NCBI GenBank assembly: GCA_963662545.2 | Contig: CAXXLL010000003.1 | Location: 2,080,001-2,144,000, forward strand | From: Gammaproteobacteria bacterium | GTDB taxonomy: Bacteria > Pseudomonadota > Gammaproteobacteria > Ga0077536 | Direction of reading: 5' to 3' | Length of the DNA: 64,000 nt | Part shown: one piece after another, positions 50,862 through 60,528 of the stretch | Position numbering within the stretch: position 1 is the first letter of the stretch | Layout of the letters: every line of letters starts with the position of its first letter | The notes under the pieces: model-generated | Database searches by the model: none | What the model was told of the DNA's origin: nothing | Seen by the model: only the letters and a program-made list of their open reading frames with translations | Position numbers and translations under genes: made by a program

Positions 50862-52140
50862 TGGCCTGAGTTGGGTTTTTTGGTCCAATTTAATTGAGAG
50901 AGTCTGGCTTATTCTGAATCTTGAAGAAGGAGGAACGAATGAGCCGGAAGAGATATGCGACGGAACAGATTATTGGGATGCTGCGTGAAGCGGAGGTGCT
51001 GCTTTCGCAGGGCAAGACGGCCGGCGAGGTCTGCCGTCATCTCGGTGTGTCAGAGCAGAGCTACTACCGCTGGCGTAGGGAGTACGGCGACCTCAAGGTC
51101 GATCAGGCGAAGCGCCTGAAAGAACTTGAACGGGAGAACGCCCGGCTTCGCAAGGCAGTGTCTGACCTGACCCTGGACAAGATGATCCTTAAAGAGACGT
51201 CCAAGGGAAACTTCTAAGCCCCGCCCGCCGCCGTGCTGCAGTCGAGCATATGCAGGAAGTGTTGTCTATCTCGGAGCGCCGGGCCTGCTGGGTTCTGGGC
51301 CAGCACCGCTCGACCCAGCGCAAGGTGCCGCGGGGCCGCCCAGATGAGGATGCCCTGAGCCGAGCCATTATTGCTCTGGCAAGTGAATATGGCCGCTATG
51401 GCTACCGGCGTATCTGCGCCCTGTTGAATGAGCAGGGCTGGAGTGTCGGTGTCAGCCGGGTGGCCCGGGTCTGGCGACGGAAGGGCTCAAGGTTCCCAGT
51501 AAACAGCCCAAACGGAGCCGTCTGTGGCTGAACCATGGCTCCTGTATCCGGCTGAGGCCGAGCTGGCCCAACCACGTCTGGGCTTACGACTTCGTCATGG
51601 ACCGGACCCACGACGGCAAGGCCTTCCGCATGCTCACTGTGATCGATGAGTACACCCGCAGGTGCCTGGCCATTGAGGTGGAACGGAAGCTCCGCCATGA
51701 CGATGTCCTGGCCTGTCTGACTGAGCTGTTCACCCAGTATGGGCCACCAGATCATATCCGGTCTGATAACGGGGCCGAGTTCACAGCCAAAGCAGTGCGC
51801 AAATGGCTCCCCAAAGTAGGCGTGAAGACCCTGTTCATAGAGCCGGGCTTACCCTGGGAGAACGGCTACAACGAGAGTTTCAACGGCAAACTCAGAGACG
51901 AGTTACTCAACGGAGAAATCTTCTACACTTTGAAGGAGGTCAAAGTGCTCATCGAACAATGGCGCAACCACTACAACACGGTCAGGCCGCATAGCGCGCT
52001 GGGCTACAGGCCGCCGGCTCCAATGGCCATCTTGCCAGCACCTCACGCAGCCCATTACCCTGATCACGCATCACTGCAAAAAGGAAACCAACAGGCCAGA
52101 TTCTCTCTTAACACTTGGACCACTTAAATCTGGCTGGCCA
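50862..52140 (+). mobile_element. IS3-family element (IS407-group-like); orfA 50939..51217, orfB damaged by a 1-nt deletion near 51480
   Basis: TG...CA ends with TGGCC...TGGTCCAA / TTGGACCA...GGCCA IRs; slippery GGGAAAC junction; [25 protein letters not shown]. Confidence 0.9.
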
Positions 52141-52435
52141 CCCGATAGTCCGCCTTTAAGCCTTTTTCTCTTTTCATGGCTTCAAATGTACCCGCCTGCC
52201 CATATCAGGGCAAAGCGACTCTGGCCGACCTCGCACTAGTTCTGCAATAATCACGAATCGTGACAACCCGCAGGGTTCGCATCGTCGGGCTACCTGCTGA
52301 ATACAATAGTCATTTATATCTGGCATAGGGTAGCTCCCTAAGCCTGACGAATAGGCGGGAACGCTTCGCATACCTGTGTGGTTGTCACAAATGGCCCGGC
52401 ATCATTTCGATGCTGGGGACAATTAGTAGCAAGCT

Positions 52436-52750
52436 ATGCGGATCTATCACTTTGCCATTTTTCTCGGCATCTTCGCTTGTGCGATCCCATCTGCGCATGC
52501 AGCGTGCAGCACCTACGACACGGACTGCGTCACCCCTCGATACGGGTACGATCGATTGGCAGAGCCCTACGACCCAAACCCGCCACGACTCTACGACCGC
52601 GAGGGAAGATACCGGGGAGACTACAGCTCGAACCGATATGACCCTGATTCGGTATCCAACCCTTACGGGAGGTATGGAAGCGAATACTCGCCCGACAGCA
52701 TCAACAACCCCATCAATGCGTGGGAGGACTACGAAATTAGGCGGGAATAG
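52436..52750 (+). CDS. Small secreted protein with NPYG.YGS.YS motif
   Basis: Signal peptide ending AHA; DPDSVSNPYGRYGSEYSPDSINNP. Confidence 0.75.
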   Translation: MRIYHFAIFLGIFACAIPSAHAACSTYDTDCVTPRYGYDRLAEPYDPNPPRLYDREGRYRGDYSSNRYDPDSVSNPYGRYGSEYSPDSINNPINAWEDYEIRRE

Positions 52751-52760
52751 GGGACAGAGG

Positions 52761-53312
52761 ATGGGAGGCCTTGAAAATTACCATCGGGAAATTACCGCGA
52801 GAATTCGGGCGGGCAAATTGCGTTTGGAAGTGATCAAAGAGGCAGGCGCAGATCCTAATTCTGTCGCCTTCTCGAAATTCTGGACGCTTTTTTCCTTCTA
52901 TGCTGCTGCTGGGAGCATAGGCATCGTCTGGAGATTGAATGGTCCGTGGTGGTGGTACCTCATTGGCGCTATTTGTGCGTTCTTTTGCGGCTCAGCGATC
53001 GCATTCATACTAGGGAAGAGAAGGGCAAGGCGATTAGCCATGGGGAAGCCGCTCGCCTTCGATAGCCTCTGGACAGAAGGCGTCCTAGCACTCGAACTGC
53101 CAGAATTAGACTCCCTCGACGAAGAGGGTACATGCGTGTCTCCCGATGATGATTACAGGGAGTTCGTGGCCCGACATTTCCTTAAAGCACCTCAAACTCG
53201 TATTGACGGTCTACAGCCCGCCATCATCGAATATCCAGACGGCACGGAGGTGGAAACGCTCGTGAGAGTCTGCCGCGGCCACGACTCAACACACAAGAAG
53301 GAGGATTCTTAA
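52761..53312 (+). CDS. Hypothetical 2-TM membrane protein
   Basis: GAGG RBS before ATG 52761; two TM segments. Confidence 0.6.
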   Translation: MGGLENYHREITARIRAGKLRLEVIKEAGADPNSVAFSKFWTLFSFYAAAGSIGIVWRLNGPWWWYLIGAICAFFCGSAIAFILGKRRARRLAMGKPLAFDSLWTEGVLALELPELDSLDEEGTCVSPDDDYREFVARHFLKAPQTRIDGLQPAIIEYPDGTEVETLVRVCRGHDSTHKKEDS

Positions 53313-53344
53313 TATCAAGTGTTGAGACCATTCCTGAGAGTAAA

Positions 53345-53596
53345 TTGCGCTCGAACGAGAATTTGCGTGGAGGATTGGGAGAGGTCACGGTTCATTCCGC
53401 TGAAGGGAAACCGGCTGACTTGGTTTTAACAGTTGACGTAGATTCACCCTTCGACGGCGAATGTAATCGTCATACATTCCTGACGAATGCGGTCCGGCTT
53501 TTGGAATTGGCGTCCCGCATACAGAACACGCTTCTGCCGAAGAGTGAGATTCTTGAGGCTCTAGAACGGATTGAGTCGAAGCTTGATTCGACATAA
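53345..53596 (+). CDS. Small hypothetical protein
   Basis: 83-aa ORF with C-terminal coiled coil. Confidence 0.4.
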   Translation: MRSNENLRGGLGEVTVHSAEGKPADLVLTVDVDSPFDGECNRHTFLTNAVRLLELASRIQNTLLPKSEILEALERIESKLDST

Positions 53597-53748
53597 CAGG
53601 TTCCCTCAATTGTAGTTGATAAAAGTCGCCATGCGACGCTACCGTTCTCATGCGAATAGAAGCGAGCGGTTCCTCAAAACCGCCAATGCACCCCGACCTC
53701 GATGGCCTTGCGCTCGAAGTAGTAGTCGTACGGGTTAAGCGCCCAGGG

Positions 53749-56220
53749 TGTTGATTTGCACTGAAAACTGACCCACCTGAGGCCGATATTTGCATCGAAA
53801 TTTGACCCACGACTAGACACTGACCTGCCCGATATCCGGGCAGGAGACAAAGGAGTGATCGACGTGGCGTTATTGAGTGTGATCCGAAGGTGGCGGTGAC
53901 GGGACGGACTCCCGATCCGCGAGATCTGCAGACGAAGCGGATTGTCGCGGAACACCATCCGTAAATATCTGAAGAACAAAGTCGTTGAGCCGAAGTAGGC
54001 AACGCCGAAACGAGCCAGCAAGCTTGATGCGTTTGAGAACAAGCTCGGACGTTGGCTGGAGACAGAGCCCGGTAAAGGCCGCAAGCAGCGCCGTAATCTG
54101 CGGCAGATGTACGGTGACCTGGTCGCATTGGGTTACCGGGGCTCCTACGATCGGGTAGCTGCTTTTGCGCGAGACTGGCGTCGCCGGCAACGGGAAGTGG
54201 CCCGGATTGCTGGCGGTGGTACGTTCGTAGCGTTGGTATTTGCGCCGGGCGAGGCGTTCCAATTCGACTGGAGCGAGGATTGGGCTGTGATCGGCGGCGA
54301 GCGTATGAAGCTCAAGGTCGCGCACTTCAAGTTGGCCCATAGTCGGGCGTTTGTCCTGCGCGCCTACCGACAGGAAACCCACGAGATGTTGTTCGATGCG
54401 CACAATCATGCGCTGCCGGTCTTGGGCGGAGTACCGGCCCGGGGCTTGTACGACAACATGAAGACTGCGGTCGATAAGATTGGCCGCGGCAAAGCGCGAA
54501 CGGTCAACGCGCGCTTCATCGCCATGGCCAGTCATTACCTGTTCGAGCCGACGTTCTGCAATCCGGCGTCGGGCTGGGAGAAGGGCCAGGTCGAGAAGAA
54601 CGTACAGGATGCACGGCGTCGGGTGTGGCAGGACGTGCCGGCGTTTGCGCGTCTGGCGGCGCTGAATGACTGGCTAGAACAACGTTGTGTGGCGCTGTGG
54701 CACGCGATAAAACACCCCGAGCAGAAAGATCGCACGAGAGCCGAGGTGTGGGCTGACGAGCAGCCCCACTTGATGCTGCTGCCGCCACCCTTCGACGGCT
54801 TTGTCGAACACACCAAGCGCGTTTCACCGACCTGCCTGCTTGCGTTCGAGCGTGACCGCTACAGCGTCCCGTCGCCGTTCGCTAATCGGCCGGTCACTCT
54901 GCGTGTTTACGCTGATCGGCTGATCGTGGTGGCTGAAGGCGAGGTCATCGCCGAGCATGCGCGGTTGATGGCGCAGAGCCACGACCGCCCAGGCCGCACG
55001 GTGTACGACTGGCGGCATTATCTCGCCATCGTACAGCGCAAGCCCGGTGCCCTACGCAACGGTGCACCGTTTGCCGAGTTGCCGGAAGCCTTCAAACGCC
55101 GGCAGTCGATTGTGGTTAAGCGGCCCGGTGGTGATCGCGAGATGGCCGAGGTCCTGGCTTTGGTATTGCATCATGACGAGCAAGCGGTGTTGTGCGCGGT
55201 CGAACTTGCGCTCGACGCCGAGGGCGTCTCCAAGCAACACGTTCTGAACGTATTAGCGCGTCTGCTCGAGCCGGCATTACCTGCGCCAATCGATACCCCA
55301 GGGCACCTGGCGTTAGAAGCTGAGCCAGTCGCCAACGTTAGCCGTTACGACGGTTTACGGGAGGTGGACCATGCATCCTGAGGCGATGATTGCGACACTC
55401 AAATCGCTCAAGCTGTTCGGCATGGCACAAGCCATCGACGATCTTGCCCAACAAAGTTCACCGGCCTGGCAAGGTGCTGAGTCGGTCCTCGACAGCCTGC
55501 TCAAAGCCGAGGTGGCCGAGCGCGAGGTGCGCTCGATTAACGACCAAACCAAGGTTGCGCGCTTCCCCGTCCATCGTGACCTGGTTGGCTTTGAGTTCCA
55601 CGAGAGCACGGTCAACGAGGCCCTGGTGAGGTCGCTGCATCGCGGCGACTTCATTGATGATGCGCACAACGTCGTGCTAATCGGCGGACCGGGAACGGGT
55701 AAAACCCATCTCGCTACAGCCATCGGCTGACAGGCGATTGTGCACCAACATCGACGCGTTCGCTGCTTCTCGACTATCGAGCTGGTTAACGTACTGGAGC
55801 AGGAGAAAGCCCGTGGCAAGCCGGGACAAATGGCTCATCGGCTGGTCCACACCGATCTGGTTGTGCTCGACGAACTCGGCTCTCTACCGTTCAGCCAGGC
55901 CGGTGGTGCGCTGCTGTTCCACTTATTGAGTAAGCTCTATGAGCGCACCAGCATCCTAATCACGACCAACCTGAGCTTCGCCGAGTGGGCCAATGTGTTC
56001 GGTGATCCCAAGATGACGACGGCGTTACTCGACCGGCTGACTCATCACTGCCACATCGTTGAAACCGGCAACGATAGCTACCGCTTCAAACACAGCTCGA
56101 CGAAGAAAACCAAGGAGACAAAAACTAGAAAATCCAAGAACACTTGAGCCATACTCTGGCTCTTCCAGGTGGGTCACTTTTAAATGCAAAACCTGGGTCA
56201 GTTTTAGGTGCAACTCAACA
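53749..56220 (+). mobile_element. IS21-family element, inactive: istA (53855..55381) and istB (55371..56147) both carry nonsense codons
   Basis: TIRs TGTTGATTTGCACTGAAAACTGACCCA / TGGGTCAGTTTTAGGTGCAACTCAACA with internal repeats; FQFDWSE, YDNMKTAV, EKGQVE; GGPGTGKTH, LDEL; stops at 53897, 53996, 55728; no target duplication. Confidence 0.95.
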
Positions 56221-56391
56221 CCGTGGTCTCCCGTCGCTTTTTATACCCTCCGCCTTTACCCGATAATCAGCACGCGATACGGCGGAGACGGCTATCAAAT
56301 CGTTTAGCGGTAATTCAAGCGCGCACGCCAATGCGCGGTCGCTACGGATAGGTTTGTGCCTATAACAAGGTTGAATTTCGGAGGGTGTCAT
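56221..56391 (-). pseudogene. N-terminal 57 codons of a probable retron-type reverse transcriptase, cut by IS21
   Basis: Not in the ORF track (<60 aa): MTPSEIQPCYRHKPIRSDRALACALELPLNDLIAVSAVSRADYRVKAEGIKSDGRPR is open right up to the IS21 end and overlaps the HTH 3' end. Confidence 0.62.
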
Positions 56392-56665
56392 CTTCTAGAA
56401 AGGTGAGACTCGATAAGGCTAGGCGTTGGGCCAAATCTTCATCAATGCCCGATAGCTCGCCCTTATCCACCGCCAGAAATATCAGAATGCTAAATGGCAT
56501 ATTCAGCGCGTGGGCGATCTTCTCAACCGTACTTAAGGTCGGGTCGCGCTTGTTCTTTTCCAATAGAGACACGTACGACACGGAAAAACCCGCGCGGTTG
56601 GCGAGGGCAGCTTGCGTCATCCGACGCTGACTGCGGCAAAGTTTAAGTGCGCGTCCTATATCCAT
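56360..56665 (-). CDS. XRE/Cro-C1 HTH protein
   Basis: IGRALKLCR...MTQAALA...SVSYVSLLEKNKRDPTLSTVEKIAHAL. Confidence 0.92.
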   Translation of the reverse strand: MDIGRALKLCRSQRRMTQAALANRAGFSVSYVSLLEKNKRDPTLSTVEKIAHALNMPFSILIFLAVDKGELSGIDEDLAQRLALSSLTFLEDDTLRNSTLL

Positions 56666-56704
56666 GCGAAAACCAAAGATTAGAGATTTAAAGGGTCTGT
56701 GACA

Positions 56705-56953
56705 TCATTTGAAAAAGCGGTCTACCAGGTTTGCAATATTCGTCACGGCCGGAAGCAGACGACCGAGGACATCCAAGGCCCGTTGCTTCTGTTTTGGACT
56801 GAGTTGCGAACTCTGTGTTCCTGTTTTTTCCTTGCGCTTGAGCTCGTCTATGACGCTATCAAGCTCATCCATCATGTCGCGTTCTATCTTGCCATTTACG
56901 TGTGCCCGAAATTCTTCGAGCACCTCGAGCGTGTTTTTAACGTACTTCGTCAT
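56705..56953 (-). CDS. Small helical protein (82 aa), candidate retron effector
   Basis: AAAGGGA RBS; amphipathic helices; sits between the structured RNA and the HTH gene. Confidence 0.7.
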   Translation of the reverse strand: MTKYVKNTLEVLEEFRAHVNGKIERDMMDELDSVIDELKRKEKTGTQSSQLSPKQKQRALDVLGRLLPAVTNIANLVDRFFK

Positions 56954-56959
56954 TTACAC

Positions 56960-57340
56960 GTCCCTTTGGTAGCGACGCAAAATTGCGCCTGCCCTGTCGC
57001 AAATCTGGTGTCGATACGGAAGCAAGAAAGAACTGCAGACCCAAAAATCCCGGGCTGAACCTGCCCCTATCTATCACCTGGTTGCCAAGTACTTAGCCAG
57101 GTGCAAGAGGAGCTATTAGCCGCAAAGGAGCAATTACCAACTCAACTCGCTCAGTTACCCATCGCCGGATATCGGCTATCCGGGTTGCAGGTGCCGAAGA
57201 GCTTGCCCGATAATCAGGCCGTCTTTGCCAAGGACACTCTACCGCCCGGTCCGGCTTTCGGGTCTAACCCCCGTAAGCCTTGGCCGGGGGCCTCACAGAG
57301 CGCCCGTTACTGAAGTTGGTCGGTTGGCGGTCCAACCAGC
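56960..57340 (-). ncRNA. Structured leader RNA, candidate retron msr-msd
   Basis: Minus-strand stems GGGCGCTCT/AGAGTGTCC, CCCCCG/CGGGGG, CCGGATA/TATCCGG, CACCTGG/CCAGGTG, ACCAACT/AGTTGGT, GGTTGG/CCAACC; TATAAC -10-like box at 57343-48. Confidence 0.6.
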
Positions 57341-57539
57341 CCGTTATACCGAGTGGGTTGCACCGATGCGCGTTTATGCAGGGATGAAGAGACAGCGTGA
57401 AGCTAACGGACGACAATCAAGCGAACCTCGATGCGATTATCGAAGTGTTAGCGCTTCGGGTGCCAAAGGACAAGATCGATTCCGCGTTCGCGTTACGCTC
57501 GATTGGACGGCGGCTTGTTTCAAGAGCGGCACGCTGACA

Positions 57540-57755
57540 ATGTCGCGCGCGCGTTACGCGACGCTGGCGAATGCGAAAGCCGTGTCGTGCGCCGTCGAAG
57601 CGCTGCGCGCGTTAGGTCACATTGTCGAAGTGGGCGAACTGAACGGCAAGGCCGTGCTAACCGTCGATGGTGAGGCGCTTGTGTTGGATAGCGGCTTGAT
57701 CGATGAGCAACTACGCCGCGCGGCGGCACAATGCGAAGATGCGCGCGTTCACTAG
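57540..57755 (+). CDS. Small hypothetical protein
   Basis: MSRARYATL...LRALGHIVEVGE; start uncertain. Confidence 0.35.
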   Translation: MSRARYATLANAKAVSCAVEALRALGHIVEVGELNGKAVLTVDGEALVLDSGLIDEQLRRAAAQCEDARVH

Positions 57756-57785
57756 GCACGCTACGCGGCTGTTCAAATATCTGCT

Positions 57786-58238
57786 TTAGCTATCGCGCTG
57801 TTGTTCCAGATCGAGATACTTGAAAACGCCGTAGCCGGCGCGGCGGTTGTCGTTCACATACCGAATCGGCACGAGTTGAAGACCCTCCCATTGCGCATAT
57901 TCGGCAAACTCGCGGGTCCCTGTCAGAAAAAGCCCAACGGACACGCGCTGACCTGTCGTTGTCTCGAATCGGCAGTCATACCCGGCTGTGAATCGAGAGT
58001 CTGCGGGCGAGAACACGTTGGATAACCACTTGATAACGTTCGAGCGTTTCTCCGTGCGCGCGGAGCGCTCGCGGTAGTCGAGCGCGTTGGCTTCGGCGTA
58101 TGCCTTCGCGAACGCTTCGCAATAGCTGGTAACGGATACGTTGTCCCGTTGCGCGACGGCGACGACCGCAACCGCGATGAGGCCGAGGGCGCATAGCCGT
58201 CGTGCCCTACTGCCACCGCGCATATTAGACGTGCTCAA
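57786..58238 (-). CDS. Secreted hypothetical protein
   Basis: Signal-peptide-like N-terminus and two Cys in the mature part; 1 nt from the upstream gene. Confidence 0.6.
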   Translation of the reverse strand: MSTSNMRGGSRARRLCALGLIAVAVVAVAQRDNVSVTSYCEAFAKAYAEANALDYRERSARTEKRSNVIKWLSNVFSPADSRFTAGYDCRFETTTGQRVSVGLFLTGTREFAEYAQWEGLQLVPIRYVNDNRRAGYGVFKYLDLEQQRDS

Positions 58239-58239
58239 T

Positions 58240-58752
58240 CTAATCCGCGAGATAGCGCCTGCACGCTAAGTCAAACTCGTGTCCGTCCTCTTTCCGGCGC
58301 GGATAGTTGCGATAGTCCTGCCACAGCCCGGCTTCTCGCGCTATGCCCCTTTCCTCGCCGTAGTGATACCGGAAACGGGTCTTTGCCCATGAACTAACAG
58401 GCCCGTAGACGTGCTCCAGGTCCCGGCAGCCAGCATCACAGAGATCCGACACATTCAGAAGTGTTTGAACAGATGAGCAGCTAAGATATTTGACAGCCTC
58501 GTCCAATTCATCGAATGATGGATCGCGAGTTAAATCAATTCCGCTTCTGGCCGCGCGACCAAGAAGATCGACGAGCTGCCCTACTGTAGAGGCATAGACC
58601 GCGTTGGCCCCATTGGTCAGGTTGACAACGTCGACTGTGCAGCGCGAGTAACACTCGCTGACCTTCTCGCGGCCGGCTTCGGCTTTGGTCAGATCGTGCG
58701 CGTGCGAAACGTACGCGATCGCGCAGAGCGCCATGATTGAAAAGTGTTTCAT
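58240..58752 (-). CDS. Secreted Cys-rich hypothetical protein
   Basis: MKHFSIMALCAIAYVSHA signal; CYSRC, CDAGC and two further Cys. Confidence 0.65.
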   Translation of the reverse strand: MKHFSIMALCAIAYVSHAHDLTKAEAGREKVSECYSRCTVDVVNLTNGANAVYASTVGQLVDLLGRAARSGIDLTRDPSFDELDEAVKYLSCSSVQTLLNVSDLCDAGCRDLEHVYGPVSSWAKTRFRYHYGEERGIAREAGLWQDYRNYPRRKEDGHEFDLACRRYLAD

Positions 58753-58781
58753 GTCGGGTGTCCTGTAATAAGCCAATAGAG

Positions 58782-59586
58782 GGCATTGTCAGAGTAAATG
58801 GGCTTGAGCTGAAAAGTAAGGCCTCGTAGCCTCCGGTGATGCACAATCCTTTCCGTTATTTCAACAGTTCGCCCGAAGTGATCCGCTTCGCGGTGATGTT
58901 GTATGTCCGATACCCTTTGTCGCTGAGACAGGTCGAAGATCTCCTGTTCGAGCGCGGCATCGAGATCTGCCATGAGACCGTGCGGTATGGGTGGAACCGC
59001 TTTGGTCCGCTGTTTGCCGCGGAGATCCGGACACGCCGTGTTCATCATGGATCCTATTCGAACTGGCGCTGGCACCTTGATGAAGTGTTTGTCCGCATCA
59101 ACGGCAAGACACATTACCTATGGCGTGCCGTTGACCATGAAGGCGAAGTCCTTGAGGGTTTTGTGACGAAACGGCGGGACCGCAAGGCTGCGCTTGAGTT
59201 CCTGAAGGGCACGATGAAGCGTTATGGCCGGCCGGCTTCGATGGTCACGGATAGGCTACCGTCATATCGTGCTGCGATGAAGGTGATCGGCAACGAAGGT
59301 TGCCAAGAGACCGGGCGTTGGCTGAACAACCGGGCAGAAAACTCACATCAGCCCTTTCGAAGGCGGGAAGGGGCAATGGCGCGGTTCAGAGACATCAAGA
59401 CCCTACAGAAATTCGCCGCCGTCCATGCCTCGATCTATAACCATTTCAACCACCAACGCCACCTCAACCGCCGCGCTATTTTCAAACAAGCCCGAGCCGC
59501 TGCCCTGGCTGAGTGGTGTCAACTTGCAGCCTAAAAGGCCTCGATTGCAGGTTCTACCGGTCCGACCCAGTTAGTCTGACAATGCC
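58782..59586 (+). mobile_element. IS6-family element with apparently intact transposase (58836..59534)
   Basis: TIRs GGCATTGTCAGA / TCTGACAATGCC; WHLDEVFV, YLWRAVD, TDRL.SY, LNNRAENSH. Confidence 0.95.
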
Positions 59587-59722
59587 CCAGCGACGTACTA
59601 GAGGCGGACCAAGCCCCGCCAGCGGACGCCCTCGAGCTGCTCCCGGAGCGCCCGCGGAGAACCTCGATTCGCCCCCACCAGACCTGACGCGCTCGCCAGC
59701 CAGGTCCAGACCACACTTCCTT

Positions 59723-60523
59723 CTAGTTTATCGTCCTGGTCGCAATGCCTTCCAGGCAGGCCCTCCACCGAATGGTCGGCCAATCATTGCTCTGAACCGC
59801 AAGGTTCCGGTCGATGTAGAACAGGAACAGATCCCGCACACGTCCGGGCCTGGTGATCCTGTCGCATTCGGCCATCGCCTCATCCGAAACCGCCGCCTCG
59901 TCAGCGTACTCGCTCCACAAGGATGTGTTTTGCAACATGTCCGACACCAGCAGGAACGAATCGATGTCCTCATTTCGCTCAACGAGCGAGGCCATCGTCT
60001 CGACGATCGGCGACACGTCCGCTTCTTCCCGGTCCCGCAGTTCATCGAGTATGCGTCTGAGCCGGTTCAGGAATGTCGCAAACTCGATTTCGACGACTCG
60101 GGGATTCTCGTAGAGCAGATCAGCCATCCTCCCCTGCTTGGGTATGCACCACGAGCGGCCGGATTGGCTCGGGGCCTCGTGTTCCGATTCGGGCAGTCCA
60201 TGGATGGACAGTTTCTGCAGGAATGGCGCCCGCAGCGTGTCCCTGGTCCATTCCTCGATTCTCTCGAAGGCCTTCGCTCCGTCCTCCTCCGATATCTCGT
60301 TGGAGGTGTCAACGAGGATTACCGTGTGACCGGGTATCCGTATTCCTTCCCGCACTTGCGCTCTTGTACCCGTCGGACAATACCCGTTGGCCTCACGCAC
60401 CCGAAGTTGGTCGGCGTAGTTCAATCTGTATCCGACGAAGACCACCACCACACCGAGCAACACGATAACCGAGACGAGTCCTATTACCTTGAAGAGGTGG
60501 GGCGACTCGCTGCCGGAGCTCAT
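59723..60523 (-). CDS. Membrane-anchored vWA-like protein
   Basis: N-terminal TM; TVILVDTS (MIDAS-like), SPIVET, FLLVSDMLQN. Confidence 0.7.
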   Translation of the reverse strand: MSSGSESPHLFKVIGLVSVIVLLGVVVVFVGYRLNYADQLRVREANGYCPTGTRAQVREGIRIPGHTVILVDTSNEISEEDGAKAFERIEEWTRDTLRAPFLQKLSIHGLPESEHEAPSQSGRSWCIPKQGRMADLLYENPRVVEIEFATFLNRLRRILDELRDREEADVSPIVETMASLVERNEDIDSFLLVSDMLQNTSLWSEYADEAAVSDEAMAECDRITRPGRVRDLFLFYIDRNLAVQSNDWPTIRWRACLEGIATRTIN

Positions 60524-60528
60524 CGGTG

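Noticed and set aside
52410-53312. Single 300-aa ORF
   Set aside because: The first 117 codons overlap the better-supported 52436..52750 gene; the real start is probably 52761
53600-53748. Continuation of the RT on the far side of IS21
   Set aside because: No RT motifs in any frame and no target-site duplication
53855-55730. In-frame TGA/TAG in istA and istB as recoding
   Set aside because: Mixed stop types at non-Cys positions indicate IS decay
57051-57343. CGGGCTG/CAGCCCG as retron a1/a2 repeats
   Set aside because: Only 7-8 bp, and the 5' copy overlaps the putative -10 box; cannot be assigned without homologs
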